Below, piece by piece: positions 1 through 10,242 of a DNA stretch of 64,000 nt. The DNA is from a virus. Within the stretch, counting starts at the first letter, position 1. Each line of letters opens with the position of its first letter. Made by a program: the position numbers and the translations under genes. The stretch spans positions 1 to 64,000 of IMG/VR virus record IMGVR_UViG_3300047494_000100, one strand, 5' to 3'. The notes below the pieces were generated by a model, which saw only the letters and a program-made list of their open reading frames with translations, searched no databases and was not told the DNA's origin.

Positions 1-139
1 GTGATTTTAGAGGTTTGCGCCGTCGTTCCAATTGATGCAGACACACCCGTCTGAACGCTGGTGATTTTAGAGGTTTGCGCCGTCGTTCCAATTGATGCAG
101 ACACACCCGTCTGAACGCTGGTGATTTTAGAGGTTTGCG
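1..139. repeat. 60-bp tandem direct repeat, 2 identical copies plus a truncated third, inside the partial tail-fibre-like CDS
   Basis: 1-60 and 61-120 are identical. 121-139 repeats the first 19 nt and then diverges. On the minus strand it encodes the 20-aa unit TSVQTGVSASIGTTAQTSKI. Confidence 0.95.
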
Positions 140-1163
140 GTGTAGCAAATCCGCTATAAAATGTGCTTGGCGATGATTCGTTGTTGTATTCAGCCAATAT
201 CCAATCTGCCGAACGCCCAATGTTAGAAATAGAAACTTCGCCAACACTATAAGTAATCGCTCCGTCTTGGTACGTATCTCCGCCGACAAGAATATTCGGC
301 CCGCCATATCCTGTGAAAGAATTCCCCGCAGCAGTCGTTGCGACAAGTGCACCATTCACATAAAGATTGCTGTTTGTGCCATCGCACGTTCCTACGACCT
401 GCAACCAAGTATTTGTGGGGATAGAAGAGGCCCAATGAACAAATTTCTGGCTTCCATCATAGATATACCATTGAAGCTGATTGGATGCGTTAATTTTAAA
501 ATTCTTTTCATTATTCGAGCCTCCTTCGCCTTGGCAAAAACCAAAAAGATATGAAGACGCCGTGATGCTGGGGAGATTTATCCAACCCTTTACGGTAGCA
601 TGCGGAATGTTTATTGTAGGAGCGCATAAACCATACTGGCTAGATGAGGAAGAAAAATTCGCAGCCCCGTCTATTTGCCCACTGACAGCAGTAGGAGTAT
701 TAGTCAGAGTCAGATTATATCCATTTGCAGAAGCGTCATTTCCGCTGAGCGTTGTTCCGTTTGCAAAATGATATATACTTACATAATTACTATCATATGC
801 CGCGCCAACCGAACCGCCTTGATAAGTTGTAACTGAGGCATTGCCCCATAAAAGGCCAAATGTAGTATTTGTAGAGTGTGAAAGAGTTGGCACCTGCACA
901 CGCATCGCAATGAAGCCAGTGGCAGGATTGTAGGAAAAAATATCAAAAGGATATGGCGTTGTTCCTGTGGTGTCCGATGCTCCTAAAATATCTGCCGGGA
1001 CAGTCTGTCCGTTAAACGTGGTAGTGTGTTGAATCTGACCGCCATTAGCCACCGTAGCCAAAAAAGAATATGTCCCGCATATCAGAACAGGAAAATTTGT
1101 CGAATCAGAGGATCCGCACTTCGTATGATCAATGGTGATTGTCTGTGAATAAGAATAGGTCAT
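1..1163 (-). CDS. Tail fibre / receptor-binding-like protein (DUF2341-like N-terminus + LamG/concanavalin-like domain), 3' end beyond window
   Basis: Own translation from ATG 1163 (ATGA overlap with the upstream stop) stays open to position 1. It reads MTYSYSQTITIDHTKCGSSDSTNFPVLI... then ...LYVNGALVATTAAGNSFTGYGGPNILVGG. It is missing from the ORF track because there is no stop in the window. Confidence 0.6.
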   Translation of the reverse strand, partial: MTYSYSQTITIDHTKCGSSDSTNFPVLICGTYSFLATVANGGQIQHTTTFNGQTVPADILGASDTTGTTPYPFDIFSYNPATGFIAMRVQVPTLSHSTNTTFGLLWGNASVTTYQGGSVGAAYDSNYVSIYHFANGTTLSGNDASANGYNLTLTNTPTAVSGQIDGAANFSSSSSQYGLCAPTINIPHATVKGWINLPSITASSYLFGFCQGEGGSNNEKNFKINASNQLQWYIYDGSQKFVHWASSIPTNTWLQVVGTCDGTNSNLYVNGALVATTAAGNSFTGYGGPNILVGGDTYQDGAITYSVGEVSISNIGRSADWILAEYNNESSPSTFYSGFATPQTSKITSVQTGVSASIGTTAQTSKITSVQTGVSASIGTTAQTSKI

Positions 1164-2206
1164 CAGTCACCCTGCCCGTACTGGCTGCCATTGACTGTAG
1201 AATATGTCCATGCCGTGCCCGTGGCATCCGCATTCCAAATCTGTTGTAATATGCTGTTGCTTGACACCGTGAGTGTCTGCGTGCTGCCCGTAGTAAGTGT
1301 GCTACCCGTTTTCAACTGGGCAATCAAATTCGCGGTTCCTGTTCCTGAATTCTGCCCGAAATACACAGCGGACACTCCATTAACCTTACTCGGCGTATAA
1401 GACAACGATGCGAAATTGTACAAATCCACATGCCCAGTTGTCGCGTCAGACACATAAGTACTTGCCGCCAACCCTCCGTTGATGCACGAATAGTTGGAAC
1501 CCGTGGAAGGAGTGTATTGGTTTGTTGATCCATTAGAGGTGGCTTGCAACGCGGTCACATATGAAGGGCCAATGGGAAAAGTATTGAATGTAGAACCGGA
1601 GCCGTCCCAAAAATGAAAATCAGAAAAATATGAAGTAATAGTGCCGCTATTGGCACCAGGGCCGTTAAGATTATAATAGTAAAGTGTTGTTGCAAGAGTG
1701 TCGGTGGTGGTGGCACCGCTATAGTTTACATCCAAAACCCCATCTACATACAATTTTATATACCCGCTTCCCGTGGTACTCAAAAGAATAGATATTTCAA
1801 TCCAATGATAATTTCCATCAATAAGTGTGTGTGTTCCTTGGATCTTAGGAGTAGAAGACCCACCTAATTGCGTAAGTATTTGCAAATTATAACCATTACT
1901 TCCCGACTGCAATACGTAAAAAGTCCCTTGATCAGTGTTCAAACTTAGAATTGCCTCTGACGGTGCGAGCGATGTAACATTAGCAGCTTTGTAATTAAAA
2001 CCAAAATTCATCGGCACGGTGTTGCTGATACTATAGTTTATGGTTTTGCTTTGAGCAGCAGAATTACCATTTACGGAAACAAGTGCCGCGCCACCATTAC
2101 GACCCACAGAAGATAAATAAGTCATACTTCCAGCAGAAGCCCAAAAATCGACTATCTGCCCCGTCGTCGTGATCCAATCTGGCGTAAATAAAATTTGTCC
2201 TGCCAT
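1163..2206 (-). CDS. Tail fibre-associated protein with LamG/concanavalin-like motif
   Basis: 347-aa ORF with GNYHWIEISILLSTTGSGYIKLYVDGVLDV. S/T/G/N-rich and sits in the fibre gene chain. Confidence 0.5.
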   Translation of the reverse strand: MAGQILFTPDWITTTGQIVDFWASAGSMTYLSSVGRNGGAALVSVNGNSAAQSKTINYSISNTVPMNFGFNYKAANVTSLAPSEAILSLNTDQGTFYVLQSGSNGYNLQILTQLGGSSTPKIQGTHTLIDGNYHWIEISILLSTTGSGYIKLYVDGVLDVNYSGATTTDTLATTLYYYNLNGPGANSGTITSYFSDFHFWDGSGSTFNTFPIGPSYVTALQATSNGSTNQYTPSTGSNYSCINGGLAASTYVSDATTGHVDLYNFASLSYTPSKVNGVSAVYFGQNSGTGTANLIAQLKTGSTLTTGSTQTLTVSSNSILQQIWNADATGTAWTYSTVNGSQYGQGD

Positions 2207-2208
2207 CT

Positions 2209-3513
2209 TTAGCTCTCCGTTCCTGTAATTGATATACTAATATTAGCAATAGTGGCATCTGCAATAGCCTGATTGTCTATAGAAAGAACATCGCCAGCCA
2301 CAAAATTAATAACTCCAGATGAGGCAAAAGTACCAGTCGTGCCACTTATGGCAAAAGTGATTGTTCCTACACTCGTTCCATTTTTCTTTATAGTGAACAC
2401 AGTAGAAGCAGTGGCGGCTGTGCTAGAACTTGCGTAACTCCCAGGGAAGTTTGTCTGAAATTCTACCGAGCGCACCATAATAAGGTTAGAAAGAATTGCA
2501 TTATTAGTGGGTGACCCTGGATAATAAGAAATAAGGTCATACACGGGAGAATTAGAACCGGAGGCATTACCTGTGTAGATGATATAGTTCAACAATAGAG
2601 TAGGTTGTACGTTGAGGTGAGAATTTCCTCCACCTGTACTATCTGTTTCTGCGTTTGTGTTATTTTGAATATTTGGGCCACCGCCCTCACCAAGTGCTAG
2701 TTGGTTGTTGTTTAAAATCTGCATCGCAGCAAATTGGTGCTGGTGGGCCGGTATTTGACTTATGTTAAGTGTTATAGTTTCTGCACCACCTGTTGCTCCT
2801 AAGGCAAACGCATTGGGAGTCATGCTCGCAGTTGTCAACCTACCTGCGGAAGTACCGCCCATATTATCTAGGCCAGCAGGTACATTTCCGCGTAGATCAG
2901 GAATATTAAAAATTGAACCTGATCCACCGAAAGAATAGCCAATTACATTAAATAACTTGGCAAAAGTTGAAGTACTGACTCCTTGTCCAAAGCAGAGTAC
3001 CCAGCCCGTTGGGGCGGTTGAGCCTGCATATGCTGCGACAGTTCCAACGGGGATTTGGACGGTAACATTTGCAATTGCATTTTGAACAAATTGATCGGTG
3101 GCAATAAGCGTCGAATCATCTCCGGTAGCTTGTGTTACTGCAGTGGTTGCTCCAGTAAAATTTGTGGTGCCTGTAAAGCTGTTAGTGCCAGAAAATGTAT
3201 TGTTTCCGGCAAAAGTGTTGTTTCCGGAAATGATGAGACCATAACTGTCTTGGACCAACCCTGTCCAAATTAAATTGCCAAGTGAATCTGTAACTGTTTG
3301 TGTGTATTGCCCAGAACCATAGATAGCCGCCGAGCCAAGGTCATCCAGGACAATAGGGTTAGAATTAGGTGTAGTCTCCCCCGCATCTGCCCAAGTCGTC
3401 TTAAGTGTTGTCGTATTGGGCACGTACATATAAACGAATCCGCCCACTAAGGGGCTGCCATTTGCGTTTATAAACTGCTGTCTTGCGTTAGGTAATAGGG
3501 TTGCGATTGCCAT
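2209..3513 (-). CDS. Tail fibre protein with phage tail-collar domain
   Basis: FNIPDLRGNVPAG and GGAETITLNISQIPAHQH match the tail-collar / MdpB-type motifs. Confidence 0.75.
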   Translation of the reverse strand: MAIATLLPNARQQFINANGSPLVGGFVYMYVPNTTTLKTTWADAGETTPNSNPIVLDDLGSAAIYGSGQYTQTVTDSLGNLIWTGLVQDSYGLIISGNNTFAGNNTFSGTNSFTGTTNFTGATTAVTQATGDDSTLIATDQFVQNAIANVTVQIPVGTVAAYAGSTAPTGWVLCFGQGVSTSTFAKLFNVIGYSFGGSGSIFNIPDLRGNVPAGLDNMGGTSAGRLTTASMTPNAFALGATGGAETITLNISQIPAHQHQFAAMQILNNNQLALGEGGGPNIQNNTNAETDSTGGGNSHLNVQPTLLLNYIIYTGNASGSNSPVYDLISYYPGSPTNNAILSNLIMVRSVEFQTNFPGSYASSSTAATASTVFTIKKNGTSVGTITFAISGTTGTFASSGVINFVAGDVLSIDNQAIADATIANISISITGTES

Positions 3514-3545
3514 TATAGTTCAATTACAAAGGGTTATAATTTTGC

Positions 3546-3574
3546 TTGTCTTTTGTTGAAAGGAGGAGTAGAGT
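3546..3574 (+). promoter_or_regulatory. Promoter-like motif TTGTCT-N17-TAGAGT in plus orientation
   Basis: Same TTGTCTTTTGTTG box as the minus-strand intergenic motifs. The -10 ends about 6 nt before ATG 3581. Confidence 0.3.
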
Positions 3575-3580
3575 GGAAGG

Positions 3581-3730
3581 ATGAATATAATAGTTGTCCT
3601 TCTTATTCTTTGTCTTTACATATTATTCACCAGTGGTCTTTATGCATTGGCGATCCTAGTATTTCAACTAGCTTGTTGTTTGGTTTTTGAGCAGCTAGTG
3701 ATCGAGAAGATTTGGCCCTCCAAAAAATAA
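3581..3730 (+). CDS. Small hydrophobic (2-TM-like) protein, 49 aa, opposite strand
   Basis: Own translation MNIIVVLLILCLYILFTSGLYALAILVFQLACCLVFEQLVIEKIWPSKK. AAAGGAGGAG lies upstream. Fills a 220-bp gap between minus-strand genes. Confidence 0.35.
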   Translation: MNIIVVLLILCLYILFTSGLYALAILVFQLACCLVFEQLVIEKIWPSKK

Positions 3731-3733
3731 GTT

Positions 3734-6286
3734 TTATTTTTGAAGTTGGTTCACTAAATATTGTTTATATTCTGCTGGGTTTAATAAATAGTTTTGCAAA
3801 TTGTTATTTGCTGCGGCTGCTCTTTTAGGAGCAGCACTGGCCACTTTTTCTCCCATCATTTCTCCAAAATATGCACCTACTGGGCCACCTACCATGGAAC
3901 CAAGACCTGCTCCTAAGCCTGGTGCTCTTTTTCCAATTAAACTACTTAGTTTTCCAGAAATCCCAGAATTAAGAGCATTAGTTGCTATAGTGTTCTGAAC
4001 AGTTGTGGAATTTCTAGGCATACTTGCTCCGGCAACCTTTTCGCGACGAAGAAGATCATCGCGAATGTTCTGTAATGTCTGGAGTTGCTCATCGGATAAA
4101 TTCTTAGCAGCGTTTTGTCCAGGAGACTTACGGAGCGTTTGTGCATTTTGTAAAGCATTATTTACTTTTGCTAATGTGTACTGACCTGTTGCGTTTGTCA
4201 GCTTAAGATTCTGCAACCATTGCATTGCATTAATTTTTGGGCTTATATCGCGATAAGCTTGCTGGGCTTTAGCAAATTCTGGACTTTGTGATTCAATGGC
4301 ATCACCAAGTTCACCAACAATTGGTTGGATCACTGACTTTACTGTGGCCGCGTATGCTCCCTGAGCGGTAGAAGGCTTTTGAAGATTATCTCTTTCTTCA
4401 CGATAGATCTGAATCAAAGGAGATTGTGTGCTATTTTTTGTTCCAGAAGCAACAATCGGATTACCTTGAGCGTCCAACACGCCAGTGTTTTTGCTTTCTG
4501 CTGCAGGCATGGCACTTTGAATTTTCTTTTGTAGAGAAATCAAAGTTTTGCCGGCATCGCTCCCCGCCCCAACTTCATTAATTGCTGTTCCTATCTTTGC
4601 AATAACAGGTGCAATAGCTGTAGTGTTTAAGGGTTGAACACGAGCAGTTTCATACAAAGGTTCAGTGGTGGTTTCTCGCTGAGTTTTGAGTGCTTCAATG
4701 TCTTCAGGTGTACCGGAAGCCTTTTCGAAATGCTGCTTACGAGCATTTTCTCTCACAGCTTCATTAGCTGCAAAAGCTGCAGGATCTTGCATTTGTTTTT
4801 GACGTTCTATTAATGCAATATTAGGATCACCAGTTGCTTCAGCCAACGTGGGCTTAGAACCTGGAACAATTTCACGAAGATCAATGTCAGCAGGCTTGAT
4901 CCCTGGGCTTGATCCTCCGGGAGGAGGGCCACCACCTCCACCACCTTTAGAAGTCTGCTGAAGAATATTATCAGCAATGGCTTCTGAGGATGGGCCACCT
5001 GTGAGAAGATTTTTAGCTTTAGGGATACCAGCCCCCAGCATCCCACCCAAGACTTGCGCGGTAGGGTTATCAGGGCTTATTGTATTGGCAGCCATCATAC
5101 CACCTGCACCCAGAACTGCACTAGGTGCCCCAACTCCCATGGCTGCGCCTTGAGGGATAGCGGCTCCAAGACCTTGACCAACTTGGCCAGCGGGAGTAGT
5201 GGGTTGGTGCAAAGCGTTTTCAGCTTGTGTCGGGGAATAATTTACAGCGGTTTCACCGAGATCATTTTCCGTTAATTGGTTGCTTCCCACGCCTAATTTA
5301 TGTAGTGCATTACCAAAGGCAAAAGCTGCACCTGTTGTAAAGCTAGGGCCAGCAAGTTCACTTAAAGAAGGAGCCTGGTAAGTAGTGCCCGCGCTACGAA
5401 TATTGGCAGCTTGTTGCTCAGGAGACCATTGTTTATTATCCGGGGCAACTAAGTTATGAAGTTTATTCTCTTCTTGTGAGAATAACTGATTGCCAAAATT
5501 ATATGTGCTGATAGGCAATTGGGTGATGTGGTTCACGCCTTGAACAATGCCTGTAGGAACGGACTTAGCCATGTCAACGGCGGATTCTCCAACCCCTGCA
5601 TCTTTATTGAAGGTGGGTGTGGGAACACCGCTGGCGTCTGGAGTAGCTGGTTCCTTACCAAAATTAGGATCATTGAGATCTTTCTCAAGTTGATCAAGAG
5701 GAGAAAGTTTTGCGCTCGGAGTAGTGTTCGTTGTTGGAGTACTGGGCTGAGCTGCCGCAGACTTGCCAAAATTAGGATCGTTGAGATCTTTCTCAAGTTG
5801 ATCTAAAGGACTCAACTGCTTTGTTTCATTTTCAGCAGCAAGATCCTGAGGCCCAGCAACGGTTGTGGTTGTTGGTTGTGCAGACTTCAGCTGGCTGTAG
5901 TAGTGATGAATATTTTTAACATAGTCTTTCGTTTCATCAGGAACTTCCTTGGGATCACCTCCATTGGCGATCCAATCGTCAACATTTTTTGGCCCCCAAT
6001 TATAAGCCATTAAGCCCAGGGTGGGATCGTTGTACTTATTGAACATCGCCTTGCGATAATCCTGCCCAACACGCTTCATCTCACCTGGGCTTTTGTCTTT
6101 CGCCGGAGCTACTCCGTAGCCAGGATCTGTAAGTGTGGAAGGTAGTGTCTGCATGGAGCCTTGCGCCTGACCATACTTCGTAGGAGGCCCAACAGCAGTC
6201 GGATTTCCGCGACTCTCCTGCCATTCAGTTGCCTGATTCCAGAGAGCATCATCGTCAAGAGAGTTACTGTCCGCCATTGAAGCCAT
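3734..6286 (-). CDS. Internal virion / ejection protein with N-terminal lytic transglycosylase (SLT) domain
   Basis: WQESRGNPTAV...AQGSMQTLPST...MAYNWGPKNV resemble SLT motifs. 850 aa with an internal duplicated LSPLDQLEKDLNDPNFGK. Confidence 0.75.
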   Translation of the reverse strand: MASMADSNSLDDDALWNQATEWQESRGNPTAVGPPTKYGQAQGSMQTLPSTLTDPGYGVAPAKDKSPGEMKRVGQDYRKAMFNKYNDPTLGLMAYNWGPKNVDDWIANGGDPKEVPDETKDYVKNIHHYYSQLKSAQPTTTTVAGPQDLAAENETKQLSPLDQLEKDLNDPNFGKSAAAQPSTPTTNTTPSAKLSPLDQLEKDLNDPNFGKEPATPDASGVPTPTFNKDAGVGESAVDMAKSVPTGIVQGVNHITQLPISTYNFGNQLFSQEENKLHNLVAPDNKQWSPEQQAANIRSAGTTYQAPSLSELAGPSFTTGAAFAFGNALHKLGVGSNQLTENDLGETAVNYSPTQAENALHQPTTPAGQVGQGLGAAIPQGAAMGVGAPSAVLGAGGMMAANTISPDNPTAQVLGGMLGAGIPKAKNLLTGGPSSEAIADNILQQTSKGGGGGGPPPGGSSPGIKPADIDLREIVPGSKPTLAEATGDPNIALIERQKQMQDPAAFAANEAVRENARKQHFEKASGTPEDIEALKTQRETTTEPLYETARVQPLNTTAIAPVIAKIGTAINEVGAGSDAGKTLISLQKKIQSAMPAAESKNTGVLDAQGNPIVASGTKNSTQSPLIQIYREERDNLQKPSTAQGAYAATVKSVIQPIVGELGDAIESQSPEFAKAQQAYRDISPKINAMQWLQNLKLTNATGQYTLAKVNNALQNAQTLRKSPGQNAAKNLSDEQLQTLQNIRDDLLRREKVAGASMPRNSTTVQNTIATNALNSGISGKLSSLIGKRAPGLGAGLGSMVGGPVGAYFGEMMGEKVASAAPKRAAAANNNLQNYLLNPAEYKQYLVNQLQK

Positions 6287-7697
6287 CTAATAAATGATTT
6301 TCTTTTGTTCCTCTTAATTTTTGTGCGAGGTTGGATTTTTCCAATGTATTCATGTTAGCAACACGTGCTTGGTATGCATCAGGATTGAGCTTCTGTAGAT
6401 TTTGGAGCTCAAGAACTGAAGGATCAAAATGCTGATTCCAAGTATCGCGAGCTTGCTGAACCTGATCAGGATTTGTGCCATTTCCCGCCTGTTTACTATA
6501 GTAACTTGCTTTTGCAAGCTTACCCTGCTGTTGGGCAAGAAGAGAAGGAATTAGATTTTGTATTGCACCAGGAAGTTGTTCTGGGTGAACACTTGATGCC
6601 TGAACTGCTGCAAGTTTATCATTTGTGTTCGGTAAACCTGCTTGCGTGTTTAGTTGGGCCATCCCTTTTTCTATTTCCTGTAATTGTTCAGCAGACTTTT
6701 CTACTCCAGGTGTGGCAAGACCTCTTTCAGCCAAATACTGATAAACTTTACCAGAAAGTTGTCCAGTGGGGGTTGTCTTAGTAAGATCGTATATTTTATT
6801 CAATGTGGCAATTTGCTGTCCTGCACCACTGGCATCGTTCTGGACATCATTAAAATGTCCATACATTGCGTGTTGGTTTTCCGCTTGTGCGGGGGACATT
6901 CCTGTCTGATACCCACCAAGATCATCCGTGTTGGCTGGTTGTTGCTGTTGTTGTTTCATGCTGCTAGGGATAAGTCCCCTTTGTAAAAGCTGTTGGCGAG
7001 TGGCTCGGACTTTCTGTATCTGTTGCTGCGCATGTTGTTGGATTTGCTGAGAAGTTGGATCTTGCCCATTTGGGCCAGAAGGAAGATCCATAAATGCTTT
7101 GACACCATCTTGAGGTGTAAAGTTCACTTTATCATTTGTTATAAGATCGGTGACCCCACTAATTGCATCTTTCTGTGTAGCATTTGGGTTACTTGCAATA
7201 GGTGTGAGTGTGCTTTCTATTTCATTTAAATGGTCATGAAGATCATCAATCTTGTCTTGCGAAGGAACTTGCCCTGCATTTGGGTTTTGTCCAGGGAACT
7301 TGGCATTTAATGATAATGAACCAGTGGTTCCAGTACTGCCGTCCGGTTTAAGATATGTTGCAGGAGAATTGGTATCCTGCATTTGCTGCTGCTGCTGTAA
7401 TAAGGCCAAGCGTCCGCCACGACTTTGTGTAAGTCGATTAGAAATTAAAGGAATATTGGGGACACCTGTTCTTGGATCGATCGCACCAGGTTGCGAAAAA
7501 GCATCTTGTACAGCTTGTTGTTTTTCTAATTCTAGTTGCTGTAACTGATTTGCACCCTGAGAATGTTGAACACTTTGCTGTAACAATTGATTCTGTTGCT
7601 GCGCGTTTTGGATCCCAACAACTTCGCCGTAGGTTTGGAGCGGATTTTGTGGCGCACTTTGTTGTGTTGGATAAAAACTTGTATCTACTTGAGACAT
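6264..7697 (-). CDS. Gln-rich internal virion protein (putative)
   Basis: 477-aa Q-rich ORF between virion genes. No catalytic motif seen. Confidence 0.5.
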   Translation of the reverse strand: MSQVDTSFYPTQQSAPQNPLQTYGEVVGIQNAQQQNQLLQQSVQHSQGANQLQQLELEKQQAVQDAFSQPGAIDPRTGVPNIPLISNRLTQSRGGRLALLQQQQQMQDTNSPATYLKPDGSTGTTGSLSLNAKFPGQNPNAGQVPSQDKIDDLHDHLNEIESTLTPIASNPNATQKDAISGVTDLITNDKVNFTPQDGVKAFMDLPSGPNGQDPTSQQIQQHAQQQIQKVRATRQQLLQRGLIPSSMKQQQQQPANTDDLGGYQTGMSPAQAENQHAMYGHFNDVQNDASGAGQQIATLNKIYDLTKTTPTGQLSGKVYQYLAERGLATPGVEKSAEQLQEIEKGMAQLNTQAGLPNTNDKLAAVQASSVHPEQLPGAIQNLIPSLLAQQQGKLAKASYYSKQAGNGTNPDQVQQARDTWNQHFDPSVLELQNLQKLNPDAYQARVANMNTLEKSNLAQKLRGTKENHLLDGFNGGQ

Positions 7698-7700
7698 TTT

Positions 7701-8522
7701 CTAATACCCCACTGGTGCAAAGCTGTCGGAATAATTTCCTGTGAGCGCACCGCCACCGCCAGGACTATTTAATAAATTGCTATTATTGTACAAACCACCA
7801 TTTTGTAAAATAGCAGCTGTTCCTAAGCTATTTCCAACATTGCCAACAGCATTACCTGCAGAAATATTTGCTGCAGCAGCCGCATTACCTGCACCCACAA
7901 TGTTGCTACCCACATTTGATCCGGTTTGGATTGCGCCGCTACCCACACCAGCGGCAGCATTCTGGCCGGTATTGACAATATTCTGCAATGATCCAGTGTA
8001 CCCACTGGCCGCATTGATTCCCTGGCCAGCAGTATTCTGCAGGCCAGTGAGAAGATTATTATAATAAGAATTTGCAAGCCCAGTGGAATAGTTTGCAGCG
8101 CCCATCTGCGCCGCGCCGGAGTTGCCCAGCCCGCGTGCCGCTGCACTATTCTGGGTAGACTGCAACCCCTGATTCAAGGCGAATTGATAGCCTGGCAATC
8201 CTTGTAGTGTATTCTGGATTGTAGAAGCACTTGGGCCTCCTGGGGCATTTCCACCTTCTAGCCCAGTAATCGTGTTTGCTGCCGAAGTGCCAGAATTTAT
8301 GTAGGGCTGATAGTTTGCTGTTGAATTTGTTAGATTCGTAAACTGACCTTGACCCAGAGTATTGTATGGCTCAAGGTTCTGTTGGGCAACGTTGAACTCT
8401 TGTAACTGAAGATTATTTGCACTATTGGCAGCAGATTCTTGCGCGTTGGCAGCCTGACCGGAACTATAGACTTGTGCACCCGCACCTACGACAGCTCCTC
8501 CGACAACTGCAGCTGCAACCAT
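7701..8522 (-). CDS. Gly/Ala/Asn-rich low-complexity virion protein (putative)
   Basis: 273-aa ORF in the structural gene chain. Confidence 0.5.
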   Translation of the reverse strand: MVAAAVVGGAVVGAGAQVYSSGQAANAQESAANSANNLQLQEFNVAQQNLEPYNTLGQGQFTNLTNSTANYQPYINSGTSAANTITGLEGGNAPGGPSASTIQNTLQGLPGYQFALNQGLQSTQNSAAARGLGNSGAAQMGAANYSTGLANSYYNNLLTGLQNTAGQGINAASGYTGSLQNIVNTGQNAAAGVGSGAIQTGSNVGSNIVGAGNAAAAANISAGNAVGNVGNSLGTAAILQNGGLYNNSNLLNSPGGGGALTGNYSDSFAPVGY

Positions 8523-8526
8523 TATT

Positions 8527-8997
8527 TTATTCTCCTATCCACTTAGAATAATATGTTTCTACTGGCTTATACCCAAAAGCCTCAAATAACCTACCAGAAG
8601 GTTTATGAAGCTTTTCCCCAATAAAGGAAAGATTCACGCCTCTGCGTTTATACTCTCGTTCGACTGCGCGCATTAAGATTAACGCAGCGCGACCGTTTTC
8701 ATATCCAGGCAAAAGATTCCAGATATCCATCATGGCTGTTAAACATGTGCTGTAGTGAAGACCTGGATTAATAAACGCAATCCAATACCCAATTAGTTTT
8801 CCTTGATCACGAAGCGCAATATACATCACCGCACCCGAAGCATCTCTTTGACGATAAACTTCGTATTGTGGGGACAAAGGAAACTTTTCTTTATGAAGGG
8901 AAAGTTTGTCATAATGTACATCAAGTAAAGGAATTATTTCACCGCTATCTATTGCTCGAGTGACACTTTCTACTTGAGCAGTGATCATTTTATGCAC
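8527..8997 (-). CDS. GNAT-family N-acetyltransferase-like protein
   Basis: The segment LIGYWIAF...RAALILMRAVEREYKRRGVNLSF looks like a GNAT acetyl-CoA binding region. Confidence 0.45.
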   Translation of the reverse strand: MHKMITAQVESVTRAIDSGEIIPLLDVHYDKLSLHKEKFPLSPQYEVYRQRDASGAVMYIALRDQGKLIGYWIAFINPGLHYSTCLTAMMDIWNLLPGYENGRAALILMRAVEREYKRRGVNLSFIGEKLHKPSGRLFEAFGYKPVETYYSKWIGE

Positions 8998-9578
8998 CGT
9001 ATGTCTATGATTAAAGCAAGCTTATCATCAGCGGAATTATTAACCACTTCATGTTCTTTTTTATTATCAAACCACCAAACTTCGCCTGCTTGAGCAGTGA
9101 TACTTTCATCACCAGCACGGAACACAGAGCCAGGTAGATTTTGTAGTATGAAGTGATACCGCTCATAATAGTCTGCATGACTGCCACCATCTACGTGCGG
9201 AGCAATTCTTTTTCCAGGTGCTAGACGTGTGATCAAAACTCTTCCAAGCCTGACACCTTGCACCATTCTCATCAAGTCAAAGATTATGATCTGGGCTTCT
9301 GGTAGCTTAAACCATCCAGGATAGCAGATGCTTTCATGTTCATCTAAAACACTTGCATATTCGCTGGTGGTGGTTGCATCTTTGTAAGGCGTGAGGTCAT
9401 TAAACCTTAACCAAATATCATCAACCTCTGTATGAGGACTTGCTGCGTGAGTAGTGCGCAATTTGTTTTCGTTCCACAATTCCGGTTGTCGTTGAACAGC
9501 ATGAAGCAACGGCATATAATTTACGCCAAAAGCCAACCGAAGAAAATTTCGCATGTACTCAATACCCTGACAGTTCAA
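8985..9578 (-). CDS. Aspartyl/asparaginyl beta-hydroxylase-like 2OG-Fe(II) oxygenase (cupin)
   Basis: RIAPHVDGG...RYHFIL...[28 protein letters not shown] matches the Asp_Arg_Hydrox pattern (PH.D, R.H, FD..EHEV.N.S). Likely start is ATG 9554. Confidence 0.65.
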   Translation of the reverse strand: MNCQGIEYMRNFLRLAFGVNYMPLLHAVQRQPELWNENKLRTTHAASPHTEVDDIWLRFNDLTPYKDATTTSEYASVLDEHESICYPGWFKLPEAQIIIFDLMRMVQGVRLGRVLITRLAPGKRIAPHVDGGSHADYYERYHFILQNLPGSVFRAGDESITAQAGEVWWFDNKKEHEVVNNSADDKLALIIDIRCIK

Positions 9579-10242
9579 TGAATCCAGTATCAGCGCTGGT
9601 GCCTGTTACGGTCACAGCACTGGTGGACAAGCTTGTTACATCCGCGCTTAAAGCAGCAGAAGTTATTTGTGGTGTGTTTACGAAAGCAGTGGGGAATGTG
9701 TAGTGCGCTGTGCCCGTAAGTCCATTGCAATAGATGACCACTTTCTTATAGCTCGCTCCCGCGAAGGGTTGGCTAAATATTGCATGGCCTGCACTGCTAC
9801 CAGTAACACTCGTTTGTGTCGAAGCAGGATCTATGGGAGCATCAACGATTAATGCTCCTGTTAAAGTACCACCGCCCAAAGGTAGAAATGGCCCACCACT
9901 TACTTCAAGATCAATGTTACTGCCACTCGGGTTAATAGAAACAGTGCCACTTGTCGAGATTAAATTCAAATGCCCAGCAAGAGCATTTAAACTTTGAACG
10001 CCAGAGGCAACCGACTCTATGTTTATTTGGTCTCCAGAAGGAGCAATAGAAATACTCCCATTTTCGGAGATAAGGCTAAGATTCCCAATTAAGGTATTCA
10101 GTGAAGACACGCCTGAGCCTGTCGCCCCACCTGTGCGTTGGTACAGAGTGAGCAAGAACTGCTGCCAGGGTTGCCGCACTAGACCAGTAGCCGTAGCAAC
10201 AAATGGCGCACTTAAATTAGGAAAGCCTTGTTGGGTTGCCAT
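9559..10242 (-). CDS. Fibre/tail-associated structural protein with two ~33-aa internal repeats
   Basis: [29 protein letters not shown] versus [29 protein letters not shown]. Confidence 0.5.
   Translation of the reverse strand: MATQQGFPNLSAPFVATATGLVRQPWQQFLLTLYQRTGGATGSGVSSLNTLIGNLSLISENGSISIAPSGDQINIESVASGVQSLNALAGHLNLISTSGTVSINPSGSNIDLEVSGGPFLPLGGGTLTGALIVDAPIDPASTQTSVTGSSAGHAIFSQPFAGASYKKVVIYCNGLTGTAHYTFPTAFVNTPQITSAALSADVTSLSTSAVTVTGTSADTGFIELSGY

Noticed and set aside
1-139. The tandem repeat considered as a CRISPR array or terminal repeat.
   Set aside because: There are no spacers; the units are directly adjacent. The array is in frame inside a fibre ORF.
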